A DNA stretch of 62,530 nucleotides from a virus (Duplodnaviria; Caudoviricetes), in IMG/VR virus record IMGVR_UViG_3300045971_000057, positions 1-62,530 of that record; one strand, 5' to 3'. A program made the translations under genes and the position numbers. The notes under the pieces are model-generated. The model was not told where the DNA came from, did no database searches, and saw only the letters and a program-made list of their open reading frames with translations. Shown here piece after piece: positions 27,918 through 37,710 of the stretch; within the stretch, counting starts at the first letter, position 1; the number at the start of each line of letters is the position of its first letter.

Positions 27918-28074
27918 TGTTCCTTGTAGGCATGTCTGTTCGCACTCTGCCTCCATTTGATGGGGCATTTCCTGATATCTACACCATCAGGTCCATCGAA
28001 GGCAGCACTGCTTTCTTGGATGGTATTCCTGAAGGCTTTGCTGATGCCTTTGACTTTGACCACTTGGTGCTCGC

Positions 28075-28908
28075 ATGACTGACTTCCTGACTGAAGCTGA
28101 TGTAATTGCTGGGTTGTCTGGCTGCGTTGCTGCTGGCTTCAGTCAGGATCTGGCCAAGGCATCCACAACCACTGTCGCAAACTTTGACTACAGCAACTGG
28201 CTGGGTGGAGGTAATCCTGCTGCTGGCGTTGCTCCTACCACGTGGGTCAATCCTACTCAAGCAACCCTTGGTGCCATCAACCCAAGGTATGTGAACCCTG
28301 TTGCTGGTAAAACTTGCCGCATCTTGGGTGCTGCCTTGCGTCCGTCAGTGGCCAATCAGCCATATATCATTCGTGATCGAGTTGGGCATATGGCTGGCCT
28401 GAGTGGAATTGTTACTACTGCTCAGACAGTAGGCACTCCTGCTACCATGCTGACGACTCCAGCTGCTGACCTTCGATGTGAGGCTGGTGGCGGTGATCTT
28501 GATTGGTGGCTGGAGTGGTATGTTGCTACTGGTGCGACAGCAGTCAATGTGACATGCGCAGTCACCTACAGCGACAACTCCACAGGCAATGTGGTGGTAG
28601 CCATCCCTGCCTCTGTTCCTGCTGGCCGCAGATATCGCATCACCCCAAGCTCAGGCAACTTGAGCATCAAGGGCATCTCCACAGTGACGCTGTCTGCCTC
28701 CACTTTGACGGCTGGGAACTTTGGGGTGACTGCTACTGAGCGCAAGTTCCAATTCTCTGTGCCGGTGGCCAACACTGACTGGATGGCTGACTGGGCTATT
28801 CTGATGATGCCTGATATTGGAAGCAATGCCTGCCTTGAACTTTCGACCTATGCTGTTGGTGCTGCGTTTGGGACAATGACTGGGAACTTCCGTGCTGGCG
28901 TGAAGTAG
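28075..28908 (+). CDS. Probable virion structural protein
   Basis: Beta-rich Thr/Ala/Gly composition within late operon. Confidence 0.6.
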   Translation: MTDFLTEADVIAGLSGCVAAGFSQDLAKASTTTVANFDYSNWLGGGNPAAGVAPTTWVNPTQATLGAINPRYVNPVAGKTCRILGAALRPSVANQPYIIRDRVGHMAGLSGIVTTAQTVGTPATMLTTPAADLRCEAGGGDLDWWLEWYVATGATAVNVTCAVTYSDNSTGNVVVAIPASVPAGRRYRITPSSGNLSIKGISTVTLSASTLTAGNFGVTATERKFQFSVPVANTDWMADWAILMMPDIGSNACLELSTYAVGAAFGTMTGNFRAGVK

Positions 28909-28917
28909 GAGTCAGGC

Positions 28918-31503
28918 ATGGCTGCTGCTGGTCTGCTGTGGAGAATCCGAGGCAATAGGCAAAATGCCTCTGCTGCCTCAGGTGTTGTAGGCACGATTGC
29001 TAATGGATCCATCTTTGGCGATATTGTAGTCACATCCTTTGTTGGATCTGGCGGCGCAAAAGGTGGAGGCTCAGCAGTAGTATCAGCAGTCATCATCCGC
29101 AATGATTCCTTCACTGGTGCTGGTGGGGCAGTTGGCGGTGGTGCTGCTGTCTTCAAAAAAGATCTGAACGCAAATCCTTGTAGTCAAGGAACGAACTATC
29201 TGATCCCAAATAGTGAGGACATGTCCTCATGGGGTCTGAGCAAGAGTGGTGCTGCCACCAATGTTGTGACTCCTGCGTATGGCGTGCTCAATGGAGACGC
29301 AGCAAATAGAGTTCACTTCACCAGAACTGTGGTTACTCAGTATTGCTACGCAGAGAGTATTCCATTCAATATTCCTGCTGGTGGCGGCATACTTGTTCTG
29401 TCCTTTGATGTTCAGAACATTGGCGCAGCAACTTGTACATTTGATGTCTATCTCAATTATTGCTTTGGGATAACTGAGCGTGTGACTCTTGCTCCTGGAG
29501 AGATCAGGCGCGTCATCGTATGGTGCCTTGAGAACAACACCATCCCTCAAGAGATTGTTGTCTTTGCTGCTGAGAGTTCTTTCCAGACTCTTGAAGTTGA
29601 CTTGCTGGTCAATCACCTACAAGTTGAGGAGAATCTTTCCACTCCATGGTTTGGAGCAACAAACACCTCCACCATCACTGGCACAGGCAATGCTCTGAAG
29701 GCAGGTGGTTCCGCAGTAGTCAAAAAGGATCTATTTGGTGGCCTGTGGAAAGCAGACTATCAGTGGATGCCTGACTGTGCTAATCCATTCGTGTTTTACT
29801 CAACAACGAGTTCTGGCCAAGCACTAAGCAACCAAGCAACAGGAAGTCTTGACTCAGTCAATGCTGCAAACATAACCACCACAATTGCTGCCGGCCAACA
29901 TGGGTGGGCAGACTCAAGGAACTTCACGCCACCTGCTGGCGATTACATGCTGTCCTTGAAGGTGATGAACTGGGACTTTGCTGATCTGACTGCGTTGTTT
30001 GGTATATCAAGCGACTATGGTCTGGTAACAATTCCTGCTATGATGACTGAGACCATCAGCAGGAAGGTGACTCTGGATGGAGTCACTCCAGTCTCAATGA
30101 GATTTGGTGTTGATGCGGATTTTGGAACAACGCTCATCCTGAATGCTTCATACTGCTGGCCGCAGGTGGAGGTATATCAAGAAGGTCTGTCTCCAGTCCC
30201 ATATTTGGGAGACAACCCAAGCAGCACTGGACCAGCAATCTTCTACGCAAAGGCAAATGATGGTGGCCTAGTTGCTGGAGGCAGCGCGATAGTCAGTGCT
30301 GTGATTGGATCTGGCGCCAGGAATGATTCCTTCCCTGGCTCTGGAGGCTCAGTTGGTGGAGGCACAGCTACTTTCTTCAAGTCAATGGCACCTGTCCCTC
30401 TTGGCGGCGCAATCGGTGGTGGCCTAGCAGACTTTGGTAAGCAACTTGTTGCTGCCTGCCTTGGTGGAATGATCCTTGGTGGTGCTGCTCTGAAGGCAGA
30501 CTCTCTGGTTGCTAAGGGTGGAGCAGTAGGCTCTGGTGCTGCTGTCGCAAATATTGCTCTTGTTCCTCAGCCATCTGGCGGGGCAATCGGTGGTGGCGCT
30601 GCTACTATCGTCACAGTGGCAATGCGCAGCGATTCTTTCACTGGCGCAGGTGGAGCAGTTGGTGGCGGTGCTGCTGACTTCCACAAGGATTTGAACCCAA
30701 CCCCATTGGGTGGCTCTGTTTGCTCCGGCAGCGCCATTGCGAACATGGCCTTGGTTGTGAGCCCAACTGGTGGTGCTGCGTTGGGGGGCGCAGCCATCTT
30801 CTCCATTGCCATGGTGGAGGCTCCTGGTGGTGGAGCAGTTGGGTCTGGTAGTGCGATTGTCGCAATGGCCATGGTGGAGGTTCCATCTGGCGGCGCAATC
30901 GGTGGAGGTTCAGCCACCAAGTCTGAATATTTCAACCCAACATCAATTGCTGATTCTTTCCAAGGCATTGGTGGAGCAGTTGTCGGTGGTGCTGCTGATT
31001 TCCACATCGACCTCGTGGGGCAAATCTCCGGTTCACTCATCGGATCTGGCTCAGCAATCGTCAGCCAGTCAGTAGCAACCTTCAATCCTGTCTTTGTAGG
31101 CTCTGGTGGGGCGATTGGATCAGGTGCTGCCCCATTTGGCAAACAACTCTCTGCATCGCCGCAAGGTGGCGGGGCAGCCGGAGGATCGGCGGCATACTTC
31201 AAACAGCTCTATGCCATTGGAAATGGTGGGCTGATTGGAGCGGGTGCTGCTGCTAAGACTGTTGCCCTTGTTGCGCAGATATCTGGAGGCATCCAAGCAG
31301 GTGGTGCTGCCCAATTCGACAAGGGCAGTCCAACCTTGCCGTCAGCAGATAGAATTATTGAAGTGCCTGCTGATGTGAGAACCATGGCGGTGGTTGAAGA
31401 TCGGGTGCTCAATATCCAATCAGAAACCTTGGTGCTTGTAATCGGTGCTGAGGCGCCAGTCATGGAAGTTCCTTCTGATATCCGTGAACTGATAGGAGGT
31501 TGA
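28918..31503 (+). CDS. Gly-rich repeat fibre-like protein with inserted beta domains
   Basis: Repeats such as DSFxGxGGAVGGGAAxFxK at ~21-aa period. Confidence 0.7.
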   Translation: MAAAGLLWRIRGNRQNASAASGVVGTIANGSIFGDIVVTSFVGSGGAKGGGSAVVSAVIIRNDSFTGAGGAVGGGAAVFKKDLNANPCSQGTNYLIPNSEDMSSWGLSKSGAATNVVTPAYGVLNGDAANRVHFTRTVVTQYCYAESIPFNIPAGGGILVLSFDVQNIGAATCTFDVYLNYCFGITERVTLAPGEIRRVIVWCLENNTIPQEIVVFAAESSFQTLEVDLLVNHLQVEENLSTPWFGATNTSTITGTGNALKAGGSAVVKKDLFGGLWKADYQWMPDCANPFVFYSTTSSGQALSNQATGSLDSVNAANITTTIAAGQHGWADSRNFTPPAGDYMLSLKVMNWDFADLTALFGISSDYGLVTIPAMMTETISRKVTLDGVTPVSMRFGVDADFGTTLILNASYCWPQVEVYQEGLSPVPYLGDNPSSTGPAIFYAKANDGGLVAGGSAIVSAVIGSGARNDSFPGSGGSVGGGTATFFKSMAPVPLGGAIGGGLADFGKQLVAACLGGMILGGAALKADSLVAKGGAVGSGAAVANIALVPQPSGGAIGGGAATIVTVAMRSDSFTGAGGAVGGGAADFHKDLNPTPLGGSVCSGSAIANMALVVSPTGGAALGGAAIFSIAMVEAPGGGAVGSGSAIVAMAMVEVPSGGAIGGGSATKSEYFNPTSIADSFQGIGGAVVGGAADFHIDLVGQISGSLIGSGSAIVSQSVATFNPVFVGSGGAIGSGAAPFGKQLSASPQGGGAAGGSAAYFKQLYAIGNGGLIGAGAAAKTVALVAQISGGIQAGGAAQFDKGSPTLPSADRIIEVPADVRTMAVVEDRVLNIQSETLVLVIGAEAPVMEVPSDIRELIGG

Positions 31504-31504
31504 G

Positions 31505-31834
31505 ATGCCCACTGGCTTTGTGAAAGATTCTAGCAGCGTGTTGTATTGGATTCAAAAAGGCCCAGGTGAGGATCTCAATTACAGCATCAACTGGAAAAAG
31601 ACAGGTGATGATTGGTTGGGTGCTGCTACCATCCAGACCAGCACGTGGTCAATCGCTCCAAATGGTGCCCTGCCTGCTCTTCAGAAGCACGGTGAGTCAA
31701 TCAATGGTGGATATACAATCTGCTGGCTCAATGGTGGAGTGCTAGGGACAACCTACATCGTCACCAATACCTTGGTTGCCTCTGATGGCCGCACCGCATC
31801 ACGCAGCTTTGAAGTTCGCATCATCAAGCGTTGA
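31505..31834 (+). CDS. Fibre-adaptor-like structural protein
   Basis: KGPGEDLNYSINW...TIQTSTW...WLNGGVLG...DGRTASRS. Confidence 0.55.
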   Translation: MPTGFVKDSSSVLYWIQKGPGEDLNYSINWKKTGDDWLGAATIQTSTWSIAPNGALPALQKHGESINGGYTICWLNGGVLGTTYIVTNTLVASDGRTASRSFEVRIIKR

Positions 31835-31889
31835 GGAGGAAGTCATGGGGAAGTGTAAACCCAAGAAGAAACCAAAAGGCAAGTGAGTC

Positions 31890-33383
31890 ATGTCCACTGG
31901 GCAGTTGGATTCTACAGAGAGAGTCATCCGTCAGCGATTGAAGGATGACTTTGCTCACTATTCCACTCGGTGCCTGCGCATCAAGACAAAGAAAGGTGAG
32001 ACTGATCTTGAAGGAAGGTTGCTGCGCTTCACAATGAATGAGCCACAACGCTACATTCACAAACGCATTGAAGACCAGCTGAGACTCAAGGGCAGAGTCA
32101 GAGTCATCATCCTCAAGGGCAGGCAGCAGGGATGCTCAACCTACACTGAGGGACGATTCTATTGGAAGGTGTCGCATCGTCGTGGTGTGAATGCTTACAT
32201 TTTGACCCATCAGGATGATGCGACATCCAATTTGTTCTCAATGGTCAAGACATATCATGACAACTGCCCCGATCTCATCAAACCGCAAACTGGTGCGGCG
32301 AACGCAAAGGAACTTTCGTTTGTCAAACTTGAGTCTGGTTACAAAGTCAGCACAGCTGGCTCCAAGGGTGCTGGCCGCTCTGCAACTATTCAATATTTTC
32401 ATGGTTCAGAGGTTGCCTACTGGCCAAATGCGGAGTCTCATGTTGCTGGTGCGCTTCAAGCAGTGCCTGATGCCGATGGGACAGAGGTGGTGCTTGAGAG
32501 CACATCTGCTGGGCCTAGTGGATTGTTTTATGAACTGTCCATTGCAGCACAGAAGGGTGAGGGCGAATTTGAACTCATCTTTGTCCCTTGGTGGTGGTCC
32601 ACTGAGTATCGCAAGACTTTGCCGCCCAGGTTCCAGCTGACTGATGAAGAGATTGAATACAAGACTGAGCATGGCCTATGTGATGAGCAGATGTATTGGC
32701 GCAGGCAGAAGATTGTTGAGCTGAGAGGCATCCACCATTTCAGGCGTGAGTATCCAGCAACCGTGGAAGAGGCATTCAAGGCAAGCGCAACTGGAGCCTT
32801 GTGGACGCAGGAATTGATTGATGCGTATAGGCTCGACAAATTGCCAGAAGTCACAGATCGCAAGGGAATCAAGCAACCAATTACTCTCAGAAGAATCGTT
32901 GTTGCGGTTGACCCCAGTGGTGGTGATGGCCCTCAAAATGATGAAGTTGGAATCGCAGTTGGCGGCATTGACGACGCAGGTCACATTTACATCCTCGCAG
33001 ACAAGTCTGGAAAATTCAGTCCAGATGAGTGGGGTGGGAGAGCTGTGACTTCATATCACGCCTACCAAGCAGACCGAATCGTGGCTGAGCAAAACTTTGG
33101 TGGCGATATGGTGAAGACCATTGTGCTATCCAAGGACAAGCGTGTGTCGTATAAGCACGTGACGGCATCAAGAGGCAAGCAGCAACGAGCAGAGCCTGTG
33201 AAGGCTTTGTATGAAAGAGGGTTGGTCCATCACGTGGGTCGATTCTCCAAGATGGAAGATGAAATGACGACATGGGATCCAGAGAAGTCCAATAACAGCC
33301 CAAACCGACTTGATGCTGTGGTGTGGCTTGTGACCGAATTGGGCTTGAATGGACCTGCTGAAGTGGAGATAGACTCTTTTTGA
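31890..33383 (+). CDS. terL: Terminase large subunit
   Basis: ILKGRQQGCST Walker A, FHGSEVAYW Walker B, LESTS, nuclease VAVDPS, AEQNFGG, SPNRLDA. Confidence 0.93.
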   Translation: MSTGQLDSTERVIRQRLKDDFAHYSTRCLRIKTKKGETDLEGRLLRFTMNEPQRYIHKRIEDQLRLKGRVRVIILKGRQQGCSTYTEGRFYWKVSHRRGVNAYILTHQDDATSNLFSMVKTYHDNCPDLIKPQTGAANAKELSFVKLESGYKVSTAGSKGAGRSATIQYFHGSEVAYWPNAESHVAGALQAVPDADGTEVVLESTSAGPSGLFYELSIAAQKGEGEFELIFVPWWWSTEYRKTLPPRFQLTDEEIEYKTEHGLCDEQMYWRRQKIVELRGIHHFRREYPATVEEAFKASATGALWTQELIDAYRLDKLPEVTDRKGIKQPITLRRIVVAVDPSGGDGPQNDEVGIAVGGIDDAGHIYILADKSGKFSPDEWGGRAVTSYHAYQADRIVAEQNFGGDMVKTIVLSKDKRVSYKHVTASRGKQQRAEPVKALYERGLVHHVGRFSKMEDEMTTWDPEKSNNSPNRLDAVVWLVTELGLNGPAEVEIDSF

Positions 33384-33391
33384 GGTGATGT

Positions 33392-34891
33392 ATGGCTGCT
33401 GTTGTTACGGGTGTTGCTTCTCACAGTGGTGCCTATCAGAAGATGATGCCTTTGTGGGCAATGATCAATTGCTTGCTTGGTGGAACTGGAGACATGCGTG
33501 CTGCGGGCAAAGCCTATCTGCCTCAGTATCCAGGTGAGAGCGATGAGAACTACAAGAACCGGAGGTCAAGGGCAGTGCTCTATGCTGCCTACTCAGAGAC
33601 TTCCAAGAAGATGACCAACAAGCCATTCTCCAAACCACTGGCTGTGACTGACATCAACCCAGCCATCAAAGACTTTGTTGATGATGTGGATCTTCAGGGC
33701 AATGATCTCCACAAGTTTGCTCGCAATCTTTTTGGCGATGCGCTTGACCATGGGTTCAGTGCGGTGCTCGCAGATTTTCCGGTTGTCGATCCAATGATGG
33801 TCCAGACCAAAGCTGATGAAGAAGAAATGGGTGCGCGTCCATACTTCATCCATGTGAAGGCAGAGAACATCATCGCCGCATATTCTGAGATTGTTGGTGG
33901 TGTTGAGCGTCTGACTCATGTGCGCATCAAAGAGTGTATGGTTGTGCGTGATGGTTTTGAGGAAAGGATGGAAGAGACCATCCGTGTTCTTGAGCCTGGG
34001 AGCGTCACTGTCTGGAAGAAAAACAAGGACAAGTGGGAGCAAGGCAAGACAACCAAGACACGACTCACCTACATCCCAATGGTCATCTACTACACTGATC
34101 GGGAAAGTCTGTGCTGCGCAAAGCCTCCATTGCTGGATCTTGCCTACAAGAACATCGAGCATTGGCAGGGTGCGTCTGACCAGAACAACTGCCTGACTGT
34201 TGCGCGCTTCCCAATCCTGGCTGCCTCTGGTGTGTCTGCTGAGGAAGGAAAGAAGATCATTGGACCTCGATCCTTGCTCAAAACTGCTGATGCGGCCGGC
34301 AAGTTCTACTATGTTGAGCACAGTGGTGCTGCGATTGAGGCTGGAAAGAAAGATCTGGACAATCTCAAGGATGAGATGACCATGATGGGTATTCAGCCAT
34401 TGGTGCGCAAGGCAGGTGGTGCTGAGACTGCTACCAAAACTGGAAATGACGCCAAGGCACAGCTCAGTGATCTGGAGGCTATGGTCATTGATCTGGAAGA
34501 TGCTTTGGAAGAAGCACTGGAGATGATGCTTGATTGGGCAACTCCAAGCGGCAAGAAGGATGGTGAGGCTGGCGAGGTAGTCATCTTCAAAGACTTCGCA
34601 ATTGATGCGAATGAGATCAAGGATCTTGACTTTCTGTTCAAGGTTCGCAATGCTCGTGAAATCAGCCGTGAGGCATTCATCAACGAGATCAAACGCAGGA
34701 GTGTGCTGGCTGATACCTATGATCCTGAGAAGGACAAGGAACTGCTTGATCAAGAGGCTCCAGCAATGCCTACTCCTGCCCCTAGCAAGGGTGCTGCTGG
34801 GGCGCCAGAGGTGCCTCAGGGCCCAGGGAAGGCAAAGCCTGGGGAAGTATTGCCTGCGGACAAGAGCAAGGCTCCTGTGAAGGGTGAATAG
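33392..34891 (+). CDS. Portal protein (DUF4055-like)
   Basis: YLPQYPGESDENYKNR, VDLQGNDL, PPLLDLA; position after terL. Confidence 0.85.
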   Translation: MAAVVTGVASHSGAYQKMMPLWAMINCLLGGTGDMRAAGKAYLPQYPGESDENYKNRRSRAVLYAAYSETSKKMTNKPFSKPLAVTDINPAIKDFVDDVDLQGNDLHKFARNLFGDALDHGFSAVLADFPVVDPMMVQTKADEEEMGARPYFIHVKAENIIAAYSEIVGGVERLTHVRIKECMVVRDGFEERMEETIRVLEPGSVTVWKKNKDKWEQGKTTKTRLTYIPMVIYYTDRESLCCAKPPLLDLAYKNIEHWQGASDQNNCLTVARFPILAASGVSAEEGKKIIGPRSLLKTADAAGKFYYVEHSGAAIEAGKKDLDNLKDEMTMMGIQPLVRKAGGAETATKTGNDAKAQLSDLEAMVIDLEDALEEALEMMLDWATPSGKKDGEAGEVVIFKDFAIDANEIKDLDFLFKVRNAREISREAFINEIKRRSVLADTYDPEKDKELLDQEAPAMPTPAPSKGAAGAPEVPQGPGKAKPGEVLPADKSKAPVKGE

Positions 34892-35472
34892 TGGCTGGAT
34901 ACAAGGGCACCCAAAAAAGGGATAGCCATGGTCATTGGGCTGGAGGCTCAGGAGCCATCATCTCAGCAGCAAGAAGGGCAATGCTCAAAGCCAAAGCAGC
35001 AAGGCAGGCAGTCAAACTCTCTCTTGAGAACGCAGCTGCCTTGAGTTCCTACACTGCGCAATCTGCCCACATCAACTCCAAGTTGTGGCACAACAAGACA
35101 GATCCAAACCATGAGGCGCAAGTTGCTCAACTCAACAAAATGCTTGACAAAATGCCAAATCATGTTGGGACTGTACATCGAACTGTTGATCTGGCCACTA
35201 TGGCCAAGCTGGGCCGCTACAAGGTGGGATCAACAATTACCGAGAAAGGGTTCACCTCAGCCACAACCAAAAGAGACACAGGATTTGGAGGCAACACCCA
35301 CATCATCATCCACAGCGCATCAGGCAAACAAGTCTGGGCGCATAGTAATCATCCAAAAGAGAAAGAAGTGTTGTTCAAAAATGGAACCAAATTCAAAGTG
35401 CTGTCCATCCACCACTACGCAGGTGGAGAGATGCACGTGATCCATATGCGTGAAGTCCCACACAAGAAGTAA
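34891..35472 (+). CDS. ADP-ribosyltransferase (VIP2/ExoS-like, R-S-E clade)
   Basis: YT...IN..L, VHR, GFTSAT, EKEVLF...KFKV. Confidence 0.8.
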   Translation: MAGYKGTQKRDSHGHWAGGSGAIISAARRAMLKAKAARQAVKLSLENAAALSSYTAQSAHINSKLWHNKTDPNHEAQVAQLNKMLDKMPNHVGTVHRTVDLATMAKLGRYKVGSTITEKGFTSATTKRDTGFGGNTHIIIHSASGKQVWAHSNHPKEKEVLFKNGTKFKVLSIHHYAGGEMHVIHMREVPHKK

Positions 35473-35676
35473 TTGGAGGAAGAAATGGCACCAAAGGTCA
35501 CTCCTGCTGAGATTGAACTGCTCACCCAGGAAGATGAAGACATTCTTGCGCAGATGATGGAAGATGAGGATGATGCTCCAGTGATGGAGATGTCTGCTGA
35601 GACTCGTGCGAGGATGCAATCTGAGGTGCCTCCTGATTCCTACTTCAAGCACAAGATCCGAAAAATGAGGAAGTGA
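35473..35676 (+). CDS. Small acidic protein
   Basis: GGAGG RBS; EDEDILAQMMEDEDD. Confidence 0.55.
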   Translation: MEEEMAPKVTPAEIELLTQEDEDILAQMMEDEDDAPVMEMSAETRARMQSEVPPDSYFKHKIRKMRK

Positions 35677-35679
35677 TAC

Positions 35680-36876
35680 ATGTCCACTGCGAATGATGAG
35701 TTCCTTAGCATGACGATTGAGCACTCAATCGGTGTGGAGCGTTACAAGGCTCAGATCATTCGCCAGATCAACACTCTGCTTGCTGAGTCAAAGTCTGATC
35801 TTGAGGATGTCTTGTATAGGCGGCTGGCTAAGATTGTCGCAGATGGTGGATTCGACAATGGGCCAAAAACAACTGAGCGCATCCGAGTGATGATGGCTGA
35901 GATTGAGAAGGTTCGTGGAGGCAGCTACTCCAGAGTCAGGGATCTGCTGTGGGAGGATCTTCCAAAGCTGGCGACATACGAAACTGAATGGCAAAGGTCA
36001 ACTCTGCTAGAGGTGCTGCCTGTCGAAATTGATATGGCCATGCCCACTGCTGAGTTGATCAAGTCTGCTGTCTTTGCTCAACCATTCCAAGGCGCAGTGA
36101 TGGAGGATTGGGTTGCTGGGATGGAGGTTGCTGACCTGGATAGAATCAAAAGACAAATCCAGATTGGTGTTGTTGAAGGCAAGACCGTTGGCCAAATGGT
36201 CACAGAGGTAGTTGGTGGGGCTGAAGACGCAGGTGTCTTGGAAGTAAGCAGGAAGGGTGCTGAATCAGTGGTGCGAACTGCCGTCAATTACACCGTCAAT
36301 GCTGCTCGTGAGGAAGTCTGGAAACAGAACAAAGACATCATCAAAGGTTTGCGTTGGTTATCTGTCCTGGATGGTAGAACCAGCACCCTTTGCGCATCAA
36401 GGGATGGAAATATCTATCCAGTGTCCTCCGGTCCCAGGCCGCCAGCCCACTGGAATTGCCGTTCATCCATGGTCCCTGTAATTGATGGAATGAATGTTGT
36501 GATGGATCGACCATCTGTTGCGGACACCAGGCGTCCAGCTGAACGGAACAGAGCATTCAGGGCAGAAGCACGCGCCAACGCAGGAGATTCTTGGAAAGAT
36601 ATGACGATGGCTGAACGAAATGCGGCCATGAAACAAGTCAAGCAAAAGTGGGTGGAAGACAAAATAGGTCACGAGCCATCCAAGTTGACTTATGAGCAAT
36701 GGTTGCGCAAACAGTCTGATTCATTCCAAGCTGAAGTTCTTGGCGTGGACAAGAGTAAACTTTTCCGTGACGGCAAGTTGCCGCTCGACAAGTTCATTGA
36801 CAACTCAGGACACGAATATACACTCAATCAATTGCGTGAGCGTGAGGCTCAGGCATTCAAGAAAGCAAGGTTGTAA
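35680..36876 (+). CDS. Minor head morphogenesis protein (MuF / SPP1 gp7-like)
   Basis: VVRTAVN, WLSVLDGRTSTLC, PPAHWNCRS. Confidence 0.88.
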   Translation: MSTANDEFLSMTIEHSIGVERYKAQIIRQINTLLAESKSDLEDVLYRRLAKIVADGGFDNGPKTTERIRVMMAEIEKVRGGSYSRVRDLLWEDLPKLATYETEWQRSTLLEVLPVEIDMAMPTAELIKSAVFAQPFQGAVMEDWVAGMEVADLDRIKRQIQIGVVEGKTVGQMVTEVVGGAEDAGVLEVSRKGAESVVRTAVNYTVNAAREEVWKQNKDIIKGLRWLSVLDGRTSTLCASRDGNIYPVSSGPRPPAHWNCRSSMVPVIDGMNVVMDRPSVADTRRPAERNRAFRAEARANAGDSWKDMTMAERNAAMKQVKQKWVEDKIGHEPSKLTYEQWLRKQSDSFQAEVLGVDKSKLFRDGKLPLDKFIDNSGHEYTLNQLREREAQAFKKARL

Positions 36877-36931
36877 CCGGAGAGTCCAGGTGACTCTCCA
36901 TTCGCGCTGAGACAGCGCAAGGAGCAATGAG

Positions 36932-37684
36932 ATGTTTGAATTCCCCGCAAGTGTGGACAGCCTTGATGTTGTCCCAAAAGAATTTCAGGGCCTGTATGCT
37001 CCCGCAGAAGGTGGAGCAGGCTTTGTTCACCACGCAGACTTCCAGGGTCATCTTCACGGGTTGACGACTGCTCTGGACAAGGAACGCAAGGGTGGCAAGG
37101 CAATCAAGGAATCGCTCAAAGCCTGGCAAGAACTGGGCCTGGGCAATACTCCTCAAGAGGCTCTGGAGGCTATCAATTCTGCCAAGGATGATGGCCCTGA
37201 TAAGGGTGAATCACAGAAGCAGTTTGAAGACCGTCTGGCCAAGATGAAGCTGGACATGGAGAACGCATTTGGCGGCAAGTTGACCGCCAAGGATGGCGAG
37301 ATCACCCAGATGCGTGGAAGCCTGGAGAAGTATCTGGTCACTGCTGAAGCCACCAACGCAATCGTGGCTGCTGATGGTGAGGCAGTTCTCTTGATGCCCC
37401 ATATCCAGTCCAAGGTCAAGGTGTTCAATGAAGACGGCAACTACATCGCTCGTGTGGTTGACAAGGATGGTGATCCTCGTGGTGACGGCAAGGGTGGCTT
37501 TATGACCATTGCTGGCCTCGTTGCTGAGCTCAAGAAAGATCCAATCTACTCTCGTGCCTTCAAGGCATCAGGGAATAGTGGGGGTGGGACGCCTCCAAGT
37601 GGCCAGGGCAAGACGCCTGTTGGCGAAGCACCACTCACTTCCACGCAACGCATTGCCCGTGGTCTCGCCAATCGAGACTCTTAA
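36932..37684 (+). CDS. Capsid scaffolding protein
   Basis: Coiled-coil, FKASGNSGGG tail, precedes MCP. Confidence 0.75.
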   Translation: MFEFPASVDSLDVVPKEFQGLYAPAEGGAGFVHHADFQGHLHGLTTALDKERKGGKAIKESLKAWQELGLGNTPQEALEAINSAKDDGPDKGESQKQFEDRLAKMKLDMENAFGGKLTAKDGEITQMRGSLEKYLVTAEATNAIVAADGEAVLLMPHIQSKVKVFNEDGNYIARVVDKDGDPRGDGKGGFMTIAGLVAELKKDPIYSRAFKASGNSGGGTPPSGQGKTPVGEAPLTSTQRIARGLANRDS

Positions 37685-37710
37685 CCAGCCATTTCCAATA
37701 GGAGGAACCC

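Noticed and set aside
30240-31320. GGTGG-rich repeats as a DGR or nucleotide array
   Set aside because: Degenerate at DNA level and explained by Gly-rich protein repeats; no reverse transcriptase seen
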